Shown piece after piece: positions 49,337 to 58,219 of a stretch of 64,000 nucleotides of DNA. The notes beneath the pieces were generated by a model, which worked only from the letters and a program-made list of their open reading frames with translations, made no database searches and was not told the origin of the DNA. Numbering within the stretch: position 1 is the stretch's first letter; each line of letters starts with the position of its first letter. Source of the stretch: Escherichia phage vB_EcoM_SA20RB; the sequence record OL960581; one strand, given 5' to 3'. The translations under genes were made by a program, and so were the position numbers.

Positions 49337-50227
49337 TTAAGATTTAAGTAAATCAACAATTTTAATTAACTTTTCACGCTCAGATTTAGCTTTACTACTC
49401 AATCCAGATAGTCTGAAAATTTCATCGTCATATTGTTGAATAGAAATATTCAGCTCTTCAATCTGCTTATTAAAATAATCAATTTGTTCAGAATGTTTTT
49501 CGTTACTACGAACTGGTACAGGTTTTGTAGGCAATTTAGTTGAACTGGATTCATCCGGACGATAAATTAAAATACAACTTGAACCAATAGGGCATTTTGC
49601 ACCAGATGAATATTCTAATGTTCCAGCTTCTTTTAAAACTTCAAAAGCTAAACAGAGATGATGCCCCATATTAACATAATCTGTAGAGTGAGCTCTGATA
49701 TAATAATCATCTCCACGAATACTAAATTTAAAGCATTTAAGGTCTTCTGTATTATTGGTCTTAAAAATCATTTGTTTATCTAGACCTTTAGCTAATCGAG
49801 CGCCTAATGCTAATAATCGTCGTTGATTTTCCCACAAATCTGCAATCATTTGGTCAAATGATAACTTCGGCATTAGTCGACCATAAAGGTCATATCCTTT
49901 ATTGTAATTACGAAGGATTTCACTCGCATTAATACGAGACAACGCTCCAATTTTATTAAGGGCTTTCATAATGCGATTAGATAAACTCATTCCAGACCCG
50001 TTTGTTCGCTGTAAATGTTTTTCTAATCCAAATCCAATATCAACTTTAAACTTATCTAAAATTTCAGCATGAACATCTCTGTCGATAACATTCAAATCCA
50101 AAGTTGGGTTAAATCTATGAAAAAATTTATCTGGCTCTCCACGGCGAAGTACAGTCCATTCATTCATCATTTTTTTATTAACTAAAGATTTAATTACTGC
50201 ATTGACATTATTAATTACTACTGACAT
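49337..50227 (-). CDS. hypothetical protein with C-terminal coiled coil (296 aa), paralog family member 4
   Basis: ATG 50225-50227 with GAGGAAA SD (track start GTG 50263). Confidence 0.5.
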   Translation of the reverse strand: MSVVINNVNAVIKSLVNKKMMNEWTVLRRGEPDKFFHRFNPTLDLNVIDRDVHAEILDKFKVDIGFGLEKHLQRTNGSGMSLSNRIMKALNKIGALSRINASEILRNYNKGYDLYGRLMPKLSFDQMIADLWENQRRLLALGARLAKGLDKQMIFKTNNTEDLKCFKFSIRGDDYYIRAHSTDYVNMGHHLCLAFEVLKEAGTLEYSSGAKCPIGSSCILIYRPDESSSTKLPTKPVPVRSNEKHSEQIDYFNKQIEELNISIQQYDDEIFRLSGLSSKAKSEREKLIKIVDLLKS

Positions 50228-50234
50228 ATTTTCC

Positions 50235-50642
50235 TCACTCAATTTCAATTTTACTAAATACACAGAATATGATTGAACAGACTACATAAGCACCACACAC
50301 AGATTGAACTAATACCATCCCAAAGAACCAAACAATATTATCAAACAGTGTCTGTTTTACGTCGAAAGGACGTAAACTTACAGTAATATTATCACCTTTT
50401 TCTATTGAAGAATACATCTCTGGGGAAATATATTCACTAAATCTATAACCGTCTTTGAGTTCATATACGGCAATAAACGATAAACTAGACCCTTTTCCTT
50501 GTGTTCCTGTAATGGTATTAACTACAGTAACATCATAATCTTTATAATGCATATAATCATTAATTGCGTAATAACCATATGCAACTACTACACATAAACA
50601 ACATATCAATAAATTCAATCTTTTAATTATCAACTGTTTCAT
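50235..50642 (-). CDS. membrane protein (135 aa)
   Basis: N- and C-terminal hydrophobic helices. Confidence 0.5.
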   Translation of the reverse strand: MKQLIIKRLNLLICCLCVVVAYGYYAINDYMHYKDYDVTVVNTITGTQGKGSSLSFIAVYELKDGYRFSEYISPEMYSSIEKGDNITVSLRPFDVKQTLFDNIVWFFGMVLVQSVCGAYVVCSIIFCVFSKIEIE

Positions 50643-50697
50643 AATAATCTCAATTAAAAGGGCTTAGAACCATTATACCATCCTTGGTATAAAGCGG

Positions 50698-51225
50698 TTA
50701 TGCGAGTACCGTCTTTAACCGTTCTTCAAACTTCCGAAGAGTATTTTGGCGTTCAGCTCTTTGCTTTTTGTAAGTTTCAATACGCTCTGAAATGAGAGTG
50801 TATCGTTCATTTACTGATTCTTTCATAAAATCAGGAATTTCACGAGAAGCTTTAATCTCGTCAAATTTATCAATAACAGCTTGCTCTTCAGCAATTAAGT
50901 TATCATACATTAAAATATCTTTCTTGATGAACTCAATATCTTCTTGAGTTACACGAGATAATTTAGATGCTTTATCCTTTTTGTACTGTTCGTTAGTATC
51001 ACGAGACCAGTGCAATGTACGATTTTTATTCGTATTTTTGTAAATTTCTACAATACCGATCTCATCAATAATAACGATCCAATTCCAACGGGATTTGTAA
51101 ATTTGTCCTCCATCAACAGTGATTTCACCTCCGATTGAGATGTCGTTAAAGAACTTGCTTTGTGCTTCAGATTTAAATTTACCATCGTTGTAATTTACCA
51201 AGTTGAAAATATCTTTAGCGTTCAT
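50698..51225 (-). CDS. hypothetical protein (175 aa)
   Basis: ATG start downstream of promoter 51255-51283. Confidence 0.5.
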   Translation of the reverse strand: MNAKDIFNLVNYNDGKFKSEAQSKFFNDISIGGEITVDGGQIYKSRWNWIVIIDEIGIVEIYKNTNKNRTLHWSRDTNEQYKKDKASKLSRVTQEDIEFIKKDILMYDNLIAEEQAVIDKFDEIKASREIPDFMKESVNERYTLISERIETYKKQRAERQNTLRKFEERLKTVLA

Positions 51226-51254
51226 TTTGTGTTCCTCCGTAGTTGATAGTTGTA

Positions 51255-51283
51255 TAGTACCACAGAGGAACAGTCTTGTAAAC
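51255..51283 (-). promoter_or_regulatory. T4-type early promoter (cassette family)
   Basis: plus atagta 51255-51260, gtaaac 51278-51283. Confidence 0.5.
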
Positions 51284-51285
51284 CA

Positions 51286-51600
51286 CTAAAAGAAACTTCT
51301 TTCACAATTTTTTCCACTGAACCAGGCGCTCACTGCTTTCTTAGTCTCAGGAGCAGTGTTATCCATAAACCATTCAAAGGCAGCCTTTTTATGATTCTGG
51401 AGGGCTTCTCGGGCTTTAATCTGCTCACGGTCTATTAACACTAACATATGAGCCTTTCTTGTCACCATGGGCTTCTTATGATTTTTTGAATACTCCCAGT
51501 CATTTGTCCATCGCATTGTCGTTGCGAACTGAAATACTGCTTCTTTAATTTTAGTTTCGTAAATTTCACGAGCCTTTGAGTATAACATCATTACCTCCAT
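51286..51600 (-). CDS. hypothetical protein (104 aa)
   Basis: ATG start. Confidence 0.45.
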   Translation of the reverse strand: MEVMMLYSKAREIYETKIKEAVFQFATTMRWTNDWEYSKNHKKPMVTRKAHMLVLIDREQIKAREALQNHKKAAFEWFMDNTAPETKKAVSAWFSGKNCERSFF

Positions 51601-51689
51601 TCACCAGTTTAATTCTAGTCATCTTTTTAATGGCAGTCCATATAATCTATTTCTGAACTGCCTTTTTGTCATAGAAGTCCTCTTATGAA

Positions 51690-52658
51690 TTATTTCAGAA
51701 GAGTAACCTCAGCAATTTCTTCCCAACCGTTTTTGTCGGTCATAATAAAGTCAGCAAGATAAAGAGCAGTACGCAGTGAAACATTGCGTAAACGGTTAAC
51801 ATTAACTTTCATCCATGATAATGCTTTATAAGTTTCTTCATCAGAAAGACCGCGCTTTTGCATCATGTCAGTTGAAAGAATAACATCTTCAACCCTGACC
51901 ATAATTTCTTCATTAGTATGAACACCCAAATCCAAATAAACCGAGCGGGACACTAATGCTTGTAAATGTGGAGCAAGTTTAGTACCACGGTCTAATTCGC
52001 GGTCAATGTCAACGTTTGTGATAAAAACAATCGTTCCTTTAAATTCAAACTCACGCTCAATGCCTTTTTCTTCTAAGTAAGAAGACGCAGTGCTCCAGCA
52101 GACTTTACGGGTCTCTCCGGTGTCCAGAGCGGCTTTTAGAAGATTAAGAATGTCCATATCAGAGAAAACATCCACATCATCAATCAAAAGGACAGAATTC
52201 TCTTCACGATTATTCCAAAGCTGCTCATAAAGACCAATACCAGAGATTTTACCATTAATGCTTTTATATTCAATGTATCCAATATCATTTGCTTTATTTA
52301 AAGCTTTATCTAAAGAATACGTTTTACCAATACCTGCTGCACCAGAGATAATCAATGAACGAATATTTCCATTAATAATACCATTCGTCATCATTCCCAT
52401 AACATTAAATCTTTTATTAATGCGGGTTTTCATATCTTCATACGATTCTTTAACTTCTTCAACCTTTACACCATCATATGAAATATCTGATTTGTAAACC
52501 CAAACACCGCGACGTTTACCGTCAATTTCAACAAAAACTTTACCATCTCCTTGTGCATCTACCGGAGCATTATCTGGGAACCATTCGCCTAAGAGCTCAA
52601 AAGTTCCAGAGATTTCTTTACCGAAGTAGATACCCTTATTGATAGTTACAGTTTTCAT
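51690..52658 (-). CDS. P-loop ATPase (AAA+-like, 322 aa)
   Basis: Walker A SGAAGIGKT, Walker B VLLIDDVD; ATG 52656-52658 inside conserved promoter-leader cassette. Confidence 0.6.
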   Translation of the reverse strand: MKTVTINKGIYFGKEISGTFELLGEWFPDNAPVDAQGDGKVFVEIDGKRRGVWVYKSDISYDGVKVEEVKESYEDMKTRINKRFNVMGMMTNGIINGNIRSLIISGAAGIGKTYSLDKALNKANDIGYIEYKSINGKISGIGLYEQLWNNREENSVLLIDDVDVFSDMDILNLLKAALDTGETRKVCWSTASSYLEEKGIEREFEFKGTIVFITNVDIDRELDRGTKLAPHLQALVSRSVYLDLGVHTNEEIMVRVEDVILSTDMMQKRGLSDEETYKALSWMKVNVNRLRNVSLRTALYLADFIMTDKNGWEEIAEVTLLK

Positions 52659-52701
52659 TTTATTCTCCAAATCCGTATCAGTTGATAGTTGTATAGTACC
52701 A
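52652..52701 (-). repeat. 50-bp leader block of repeated early-promoter cassette, copy 2
   Basis: identical to 24191-24240. Confidence 0.7.
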
Positions 52702-52722
52702 TAAAGCTTTATGCTTGTAAAC
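52694..52722 (-). promoter_or_regulatory. T4-type early promoter (cassette copy)
   Basis: plus atagta 52694-52699, gtaaac 52717-52722. Confidence 0.5.
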
Positions 52723-52745
52723 CGTTTTGTGAAAAAATTTTGAAA

Positions 52746-52770
52746 TAAAAAAGGGAGCCCGAAGGCTCCC
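52746..52770 (-). terminator. rho-independent terminator (UUCG hairpin + U6)
   Basis: gggagcc-cgaa-ggctccc with plus aaaaaa 52746-52751. Confidence 0.65.
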
Positions 52771-52772
52771 TA

Positions 52773-53783
52773 TCATTTATAATAACTTCGGTGGTTTTCA
52801 AGATAAACCCTCTCAAGGAAGTCATCCCAGAAACCCATGTCTACTTTTTGTTGCATACCGTTCTTAGAAGCTTCAATAGATGCTGCTTCTACTTGATCGA
52901 CCACATCTTCCAAAAACTCTTGAACAGTTTTAAATGGATGTTTACCAAGCTTCACGTCGAGAATAAATGGAGCGTCTTGGAGTGGATAGACTAAGTCACC
53001 AGTTTTGTAAATTTCCAATAGTTGGAGTCCACCACGACAAGCATGACTCAGAGCTTTCCAGTCAATACCCTCATTCGCTTCAGCCTTACGAGCACGTTCA
53101 CCATATTCAGCATCAAGTTTATTCAAAGACTGCTTAAGCTCAATAAGAGAAAGAGTTGTCTGATATTTACGACCCAACACAGTGTAGAACGTTTGTGGGC
53201 CTGTTTTCTCATGATTATGGAATACCCATTCACAGAATTCGTTCTCTGGAAGACGATGCTTAATATCTTCAACTTTAGTTCGACGCTGCTTAATGGAACC
53301 GTCTTCTTGGTAATCAACCCATTGCTCAGGGATTTGATTAACTACTTTCAATACATCACGCAATGCGGCCAAACGAGAACCCTTGACACCATATTTAGAA
53401 GCTTGCTTGCGGACATATCCTAAATAAGATTTCATGTTAGTTGTATAAAAACGAGAACGATTGTCTTGAATAAACTTCCACACATCAGGTAAATCAGATT
53501 TAACCACTAGTTCAGGTGGAGTGTGAAGCATATCTAATGCTACGGTTTCACCATCTGCTGCTAATTTAAAGAAATATTTAAGACTGTATAGTTCATGGTC
53601 AATATCATCTTTAGTGTTTTTAGATGATGTGTTGTTGGTATTTTTACTCATATGCTCTTTAACATTTCCGATAAGAATATCACGAGCAGGAGGAACAAAG
53701 ATTTCTTTAAAATCTACATCAGATTCTGGGGTAGAAGTTCCATAAAGATGACTACCAAAATAACTTTTCATTACTGTTTTCAT
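52773..53783 (-). CDS. putative nucleotidyltransferase (Pol-beta superfamily fold, 336 aa)
   Basis: N-terminal GSHLYGTSTPESDVDF matches minimal NTase motif GS-x(9-13)-D-h-D/E-h. Confidence 0.5.
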   Translation of the reverse strand: MKTVMKSYFGSHLYGTSTPESDVDFKEIFVPPARDILIGNVKEHMSKNTNNTSSKNTKDDIDHELYSLKYFFKLAADGETVALDMLHTPPELVVKSDLPDVWKFIQDNRSRFYTTNMKSYLGYVRKQASKYGVKGSRLAALRDVLKVVNQIPEQWVDYQEDGSIKQRRTKVEDIKHRLPENEFCEWVFHNHEKTGPQTFYTVLGRKYQTTLSLIELKQSLNKLDAEYGERARKAEANEGIDWKALSHACRGGLQLLEIYKTGDLVYPLQDAPFILDVKLGKHPFKTVQEFLEDVVDQVEAASIEASKNGMQQKVDMGFWDDFLERVYLENHRSYYK

Positions 53784-54226
53784 TTAACATCCTTAAATTC
53801 TATCATAGGGCAGATTTTAGATTTACTAGCTTTAAGGTATTCAACGATTACACTATTAGGATGTTCAATACCGTTTTCTTCGTCTTGTTGACGCTTCCAC
53901 GCTCTATCATACCTGACTCCTTCCCATAAACCTGAAATCTTAGCTACAATATATGCTATACCTACTGCAATAACGACAATCGTAGCAAATATCAGTACAC
54001 CAAATACGGTTCCGCCTGCGTGTAGAAGCCAGAATCCTGTAACACCAAATTGACTTAAAATAGCTTGTCCTACCACCCAACTACCTAATAGCCCCGATGT
54101 GCAAATAACACCGATAACTAAGAACGTCCACGCCATTTTCCAGAAATATTTACACAAAGAATTCGGACGCTGCCAGTAAAAGAAATCATGCATACGAACG
54201 TGCCAAGAGTTTTCATTAATAATCAT
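53780..54226 (-). CDS. integral membrane protein (148 aa)
   Basis: three or more hydrophobic helices. Confidence 0.5.
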   Translation of the reverse strand: MIINENSWHVRMHDFFYWQRPNSLCKYFWKMAWTFLVIGVICTSGLLGSWVVGQAILSQFGVTGFWLLHAGGTVFGVLIFATIVVIAVGIAYIVAKISGLWEGVRYDRAWKRQQDEENGIEHPNSVIVEYLKASKSKICPMIEFKDVK

Positions 54227-54228
54227 AA

Positions 54229-54750
54229 TTATCCTTTCATTGAAGGTGTAACAGTTGTTAAATACTTAATCATAGCTTCAGCTTCTGATTTTGATAATGA
54301 AATTTCTCCATTGTTTTGACGAATAGAAATAAAATCCGGATGACGGTCACCACCAGCTTTTAAAATACACATATAAGTATCAGTTTCATCTTCAATATCT
54401 GAAATGATTGAAGCAGTTCCGCATGAATGCGGTTTTTGATAAATCAATGCAGCTTTTCTTCCACCGTTTGACTGTTCATAAACTTTTAACACATCAAACA
54501 AATCACTTCTTTTATCAATAGCTAAGATGTTGTTTTCATCTTCAATGTTAAATCCTTCGGATACTTCATAAAGTGTCACCCATAAATCACCTATATCGAT
54601 AGTAGCATTTCCTTTTCCACGACTTTCAAGAGTATGACAAATTTTCTTGATTTCGTCATAACTCATTTTAATAATATCATCTCCTTGAATAAGGAAGATG
54701 TCATTTTTAAATTCAACACGAATTAAACCGCTTTCACTTGAAATAAACAT
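54229..54750 (-). CDS. hypothetical protein (173 aa), paralog of 54757..55314
   Basis: C-terminus SKSEAEAMIKYLTTVTPSMKG parallels TKDEAIALKTYLDSVIPTMISK. Confidence 0.5.
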   Translation of the reverse strand: MFISSESGLIRVEFKNDIFLIQGDDIIKMSYDEIKKICHTLESRGKGNATIDIGDLWVTLYEVSEGFNIEDENNILAIDKRSDLFDVLKVYEQSNGGRKAALIYQKPHSCGTASIISDIEDETDTYMCILKAGGDRHPDFISIRQNNGEISLSKSEAEAMIKYLTTVTPSMKG

Positions 54751-54756
54751 ATTTCC

Positions 54757-55314
54757 TCACTTTGAAATCATAGTTGGAATGACAGAATCAAGATAAGTCT
54801 TTAGCGCAATGGCTTCGTCTTTGGTAAATGTGACAATATGTGATCGAAAATCATCAATTTGACGAATAGTTAAGACATCTCCCTCTTCATAACATTTTGA
54901 TACATTTAAAAGAGTTTCATCATTCTGATTGCAATCGTTAGTAATAATAGCATTGCAATTTTTGAGCCATTTTAAACTATGTTTTCTTTCATTAGAATAA
55001 TAAAAATATTTAATCTTAGCTATAAAACTATCCCAATGAATAACTGATAAACACATTGACTCACTTTTAATATTAAATCCTGGGCATGAAGAATAAAAAT
55101 GAATTTTGTGCTCATCATTGATGCTTACTATTTTATCAGTATAAGGATATTCAATTTGGGTTAAATGAATGATTTCACTAGGCGTAAAATACAGCATATC
55201 GTCTTCTTGCGTCAAACGATACATGTTATTTACTTTTTCTATAGCCAATTCACCAAAAAGCGGACTAACTTCTAATACTAATCGTTTCATATTGATTCTC
55301 TTCGACTCATTCAC
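54757..55314 (-). CDS. hypothetical protein (185 aa; GTG start or ATG at 55290)
   Basis: GTG 55314 preceded by AGGAG SD. Confidence 0.45.
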   Translation of the reverse strand: MNESKRINMKRLVLEVSPLFGELAIEKVNNMYRLTQEDDMLYFTPSEIIHLTQIEYPYTDKIVSINDEHKIHFYSSCPGFNIKSESMCLSVIHWDSFIAKIKYFYYSNERKHSLKWLKNCNAIITNDCNQNDETLLNVSKCYEEGDVLTIRQIDDFRSHIVTFTKDEAIALKTYLDSVIPTMISK

Positions 55315-55316
55315 AA

Positions 55317-55421
55317 TTACATACTCCTTTGAATAATATCAATAATGTTGTTCACCAGATTATAAGTAAACATCGGGTGATAATATTGAATCATCACATA
55401 CACAACAAACAAAACTTTCAT
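55317..55421 (-). CDS. possible hydrophobic micropeptide (34 aa)
   Basis: ATG 55419-55421 preceded by AAGGAG SD; hand-translated MKVLFVVYVMIQYYHPMFTYNLVNNIIDIIQRSM. Confidence 0.3.
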   Translation of the reverse strand: MKVLFVVYVMIQYYHPMFTYNLVNNIIDIIQRSM

Positions 55422-55449
55422 TCTCTTCTCCTTGGCAGTTGACAAGATT

Positions 55450-55479
55450 ACTATACCATAACCTTGCCAACTTGTAAAC
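55450..55479 (-). promoter_or_regulatory. T4-type early promoter
   Basis: plus actata 55450-55455, gtaaac 55474-55479. Confidence 0.5.
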
Positions 55480-55481
55480 CA

Positions 55482-55637
55482 TTAAATGACGTTTTCAATA
55501 AAATTCTGAAGCTTTGTGTGAGCATCAACCATGATTTTCATTTCTTCCTTTGCGAAAGCTGTACCTCTTTCACGAGAAGAATACTCATAGTCAGAAACTG
55601 CATTAGCATATTCTTCAATTAGCTTCATTAAAAACAT
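55482..55637 (-). CDS. possible small protein (51 aa), not in ORF track
   Basis: hand-translated MFLMKLIEEYANAVSDYEYSSRERGTAFAKEEMKIMVDAHTKLQNFIENVI; no clear SD. Confidence 0.3.
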   Translation of the reverse strand: MFLMKLIEEYANAVSDYEYSSRERGTAFAKEEMKIMVDAHTKLQNFIENVI

Positions 55638-55644
55638 CTGCTTT

Positions 55645-55839
55645 TCAGTTTTCATTATTCCACCTAATCATTTCAAGATATTGAACTAACTTAGCTTTAG
55701 ATTTATCCAAATCCTTTTTAGCTGCTTCTATACCATCGTATGAATATCCTTCACAATGCTCAACTGCCAATTGGTATGAATCTATTTCAATATCACGTGC
55801 TAATTTAATGATTTTTTCAAACTGTTCACGTGTTAGCAT
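55645..55839 (-). CDS. hypothetical protein (64 aa)
   Basis: ATG start. Confidence 0.4.
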   Translation of the reverse strand: MLTREQFEKIIKLARDIEIDSYQLAVEHCEGYSYDGIEAAKKDLDKSKAKLVQYLEMIRWNNEN

Positions 55840-55841
55840 AC

Positions 55842-56045
55842 TTAAACTCTCGTATTATGATCGATAATTTCATCAAGAAACATATCTAAAGCTTCTACAG
55901 CATTATCAACTTTAGCTTCAAGTTCTTCAGCGCCTTTATTTGCAATGCCTGACGAAAACCAAGCAAAGTCACTAAGTTCCTCATCTGCTTTGCGAATTAA
56001 AGCTACCAATTCTTTAATTTTATCTGCTTGTTCGATACTAATCAT
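55842..56045 (-). CDS. hypothetical protein (67 aa)
   Basis: ATG 56043-56045, TAATG overlap with upstream stop (track start GTG 56081). Confidence 0.45.
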   Translation of the reverse strand: MISIEQADKIKELVALIRKADEELSDFAWFSSGIANKGAEELEAKVDNAVEALDMFLDEIIDHNTRV

Positions 56046-56233
56046 TATTCCACCACATATGAAAGAGAGAATATTGCACACGCCATATGAGTTGCAGCTT
56101 CATCACACATATCATAACGTTTCTTAAGAAGTTTTTCAAGTTCTTCACTGGTAACTTCATCCATGTTGACGAAAAAATCACCATTAATGATGACGTAGAT
56201 ATTTCCTTCTTGATTAAGTGCTTCAATTTTCAT
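56045..56233 (-). CDS. hypothetical protein (62 aa)
   Basis: ATG 56231-56233 with AGAGGAG SD inside promoter-leader cassette (track start TTG 56278). Confidence 0.45.
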   Translation of the reverse strand: MKIEALNQEGNIYVIINGDFFVNMDEVTSEELEKLLKKRYDMCDEAATHMACAIFSLSYVVE

Positions 56234-56261
56234 GATGTTCTCCTCTTTATCTGATGGTTGT

Positions 56262-56291
56262 ATAGTATCACAGCTCAAATGGAAAGTAAAC
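56262..56291 (-). promoter_or_regulatory. T4-type early promoter (cassette family)
   Basis: plus atagta 56262-56267, gtaaac 56286-56291. Confidence 0.5.
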
Positions 56292-56301
56292 CGGTAAAAT
56301 G

Positions 56302-56324
56302 AAAAAAGTCTCCCGAAGGAGACT
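56302..56324 (-). terminator. rho-independent terminator (UUCG hairpin + U-run)
   Basis: agtctcc-cgaa-ggagact with plus aaaaa 56302-56306. Confidence 0.6.
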
Positions 56325-56328
56325 AATG

Positions 56329-56715
56329 TTATTCGAGGGAAAGAAGATATTTACTTTGATAAAACATTCCAGTAATATCATCTATCGTGCTTTGAATGGC
56401 TGGAGGCATTTCTTTATAAATGCTGTTAGATTGGTCTAGTATGCGATCAATCATTTTAATTGTGTCGGTAGGAAGTTTACTAGCATCTGGAATTGAAGGT
56501 GTGTATTTTCTACCAGAATACCCCAAATATTGCTCACCAAATTTATCAATCAAATCTGGTAACTCAGAGAAAATAAAATCGTATGCTTTATGTCTAGCAT
56601 AACTTTTAGTTTCAAAATGCGCAGAATGAAAATAAGCTTGTGCAGCCATTAATAAACCTAAGTATTCATCTGCCTTTGAAGGTTTTCCACTTTGTGAAAA
56701 GTCGCTGAATTTCAT
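56329..56715 (-). CDS. hypothetical protein (128 aa)
   Basis: ATG start overlapping rI stop. Confidence 0.5.
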   Translation of the reverse strand: MKFSDFSQSGKPSKADEYLGLLMAAQAYFHSAHFETKSYARHKAYDFIFSELPDLIDKFGEQYLGYSGRKYTPSIPDASKLPTDTIKMIDRILDQSNSIYKEMPPAIQSTIDDITGMFYQSKYLLSLE

Positions 56716-57005
56716 TCAGTCTCCAATTTAATGTTCATAATTCTAGCGTATGATTGTGCCATCTCCGCGCCTCGCTCTATACATTCAAAATCGGAAGAGC
56801 ACGGGTCATTTTTATAGGTCGTTCGCATAAAACTATAGAACTGTTCAGATGATTCTACGCTTTTATTTTCAAAAAGCATATAAACATGTCTAATGCCAGA
56901 TTCCATAAATTTATCAAAATGAGGATCGACATTTGCTTCAATCGGTGGAGATAAAGCAAACGCTAATCCTAGCATGGCAAATAGTGCCGTTGCTTTTAAG
57001 GCCAT
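56712..57005 (-). CDS. rI: lysis-inhibition regulator RI (antiholin, 97 aa)
   Basis: 97 aa, N-terminal signal-anchor; AGGAGG SD; position upstream of tk region. Confidence 0.6.
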   Translation of the reverse strand: MALKATALFAMLGLAFALSPPIEANVDPHFDKFMESGIRHVYMLFENKSVESSEQFYSFMRTTYKNDPCSSDFECIERGAEMAQSYARIMNIKLETE

Positions 57006-57017
57006 AAAGGCCTCCTA

Positions 57018-57230
57018 TCATTTTTGTCCTGTATTTACTTTATGCCGATGCACGGCCTTAACTTTATCAAGGTATTTTTCAAAATTTCGCAATCTAGTAT
57101 AGTCTGCCGGAGATTGGTTGAGTGATACTTCTCGACGCAAAGCTGAAATGATATTTCCAACTTCCCTACGAATTTCATCTAATTGAAGAACAGTAAGATT
57201 GCGAAGTTGCTTTTCAGTTAATTGTAGCAT
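57018..57230 (-). CDS. hypothetical protein (70 aa)
   Basis: ATG start; late promoter box upstream. Confidence 0.45.
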
Positions 57231-57255
57231 ATATACCCCTTTAGTTAGATAAACC

Positions 57256-57263
57256 TATTTATA
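57256..57263 (-). promoter_or_regulatory. T4 late promoter box (TATAAATA)
   Basis: plus tatttata 57256-57263, about 26 nt upstream of ATG 57230. Confidence 0.45.
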
Positions 57264-57272
57264 ACTTTTGCA

Positions 57273-57854
57273 CTAACCGAGCTTTTTAGTTAATTCATTC
57301 CAATGTTTTCTGCACAAAGAAACATAAATTTCATCACCAATACAGATTTGATTACCTTCTTTAACTGGTGTTCCATCTTCCATTAATCGAGCTGTCATAA
57401 TAGCTTTTTTACCACAATGACAAACTGCTTTTAGTTCAATAAGTTTATCTGCAATCGCCAAAAGTTCTTTAGAACCTTCAAATAATTTTCCAGCGAAATC
57501 AGTCCTTAGTCCATAAGCCATAACAGGAACATTATATGTATCAACAATTCGGCTTAATTGATGCACCTGTTCAGTTTTTAAAAACTGAGCTTCATCTACA
57601 AATACGCAATGAATATCTTTTTGTGCTTCAGCCCATTTATAGAACTCAAAAATATCCATATCATCCGTAATAATATTCGCTTCCTGTTTAATTCCAATGC
57701 GAGAAACGACTTCACAAACAGAATCGCGAGTATCAATAGCAGGTTTAAGAACTAATACACCCATTCCGCGTTCTTTATAATTATGCGCAGCAGTTAAAAG
57801 AGAAGCAGATTTTCCAGCATTCATTGCTGCATAAGTAAAAATTAAACTCGCCAT
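57273..57854 (-). CDS. tk: thymidine kinase (193 aa)
   Basis: P-loop AAMNAGKSASLL; 193 aa as T4 Tk. Confidence 0.85.
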   Translation of the reverse strand: MASLIFTYAAMNAGKSASLLTAAHNYKERGMGVLVLKPAIDTRDSVCEVVSRIGIKQEANIITDDMDIFEFYKWAEAQKDIHCVFVDEAQFLKTEQVHQLSRIVDTYNVPVMAYGLRTDFAGKLFEGSKELLAIADKLIELKAVCHCGKKAIMTARLMEDGTPVKEGNQICIGDEIYVSLCRKHWNELTKKLG

Positions 57855-57863
57855 ATCACCTTC

Positions 57864-58049
57864 TTAAAGCGTATTCACATAAGCTATTAATTCGTTTTCT
57901 TTCTTATCAAACCGGTCAGCAAATTCTTCTTGCTGTTCGGGAGATAGCGGGCCGTATTCATCATAAAAGGTGTTTGCTTCTGTATGCTCATCTAGAAGTT
58001 CATGGATAAGCTCAAACAATTTATCTTTTTGTTCTTTACTCAGACTCAT
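57864..58049 (-). CDS. hypothetical acidic protein (61 aa)
   Basis: ATG start. Confidence 0.45.
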   Translation of the reverse strand: MSLSKEQKDKLFELIHELLDEHTEANTFYDEYGPLSPEQQEEFADRFDKKENELIAYVNTL

Positions 58050-58219
58050 ATATTAATTTCCAGGAGTTTTAAAATAATTCGCTTTTGCTTAAATATTTCC
58101 ATAGTTAAATGGTCAGTATCTTTTTGACCGATTCCAATAGCAAAACCTTTATTAACAGCGAGTTCAATTAAATTATCAAGCTCACGTAACACTTCATATT
58201 GTAACTCAAAACTATTCAT
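58046..58219 (-). CDS. small hypothetical protein (57 aa), not in ORF track
   Basis: ATGA overlaps at both ends; hand-translated MNSFELQYEVLRELDNLIELAVNKGFAIGIGQKDTDHLTMEIFKQKRIILKLLEINI. Confidence 0.45.
   Translation of the reverse strand: MNSFELQYEVLRELDNLIELAVNKGFAIGIGQKDTDHLTMEIFKQKRIILKLLEINI

Noticed and set aside
56038-56226. 62-aa minus-strand ORF in an alternative frame
   Set aside because: Overlaps almost entirely with two better-supported, SD-preceded and translationally coupled ORFs (55842..56045 and 56045..56233)
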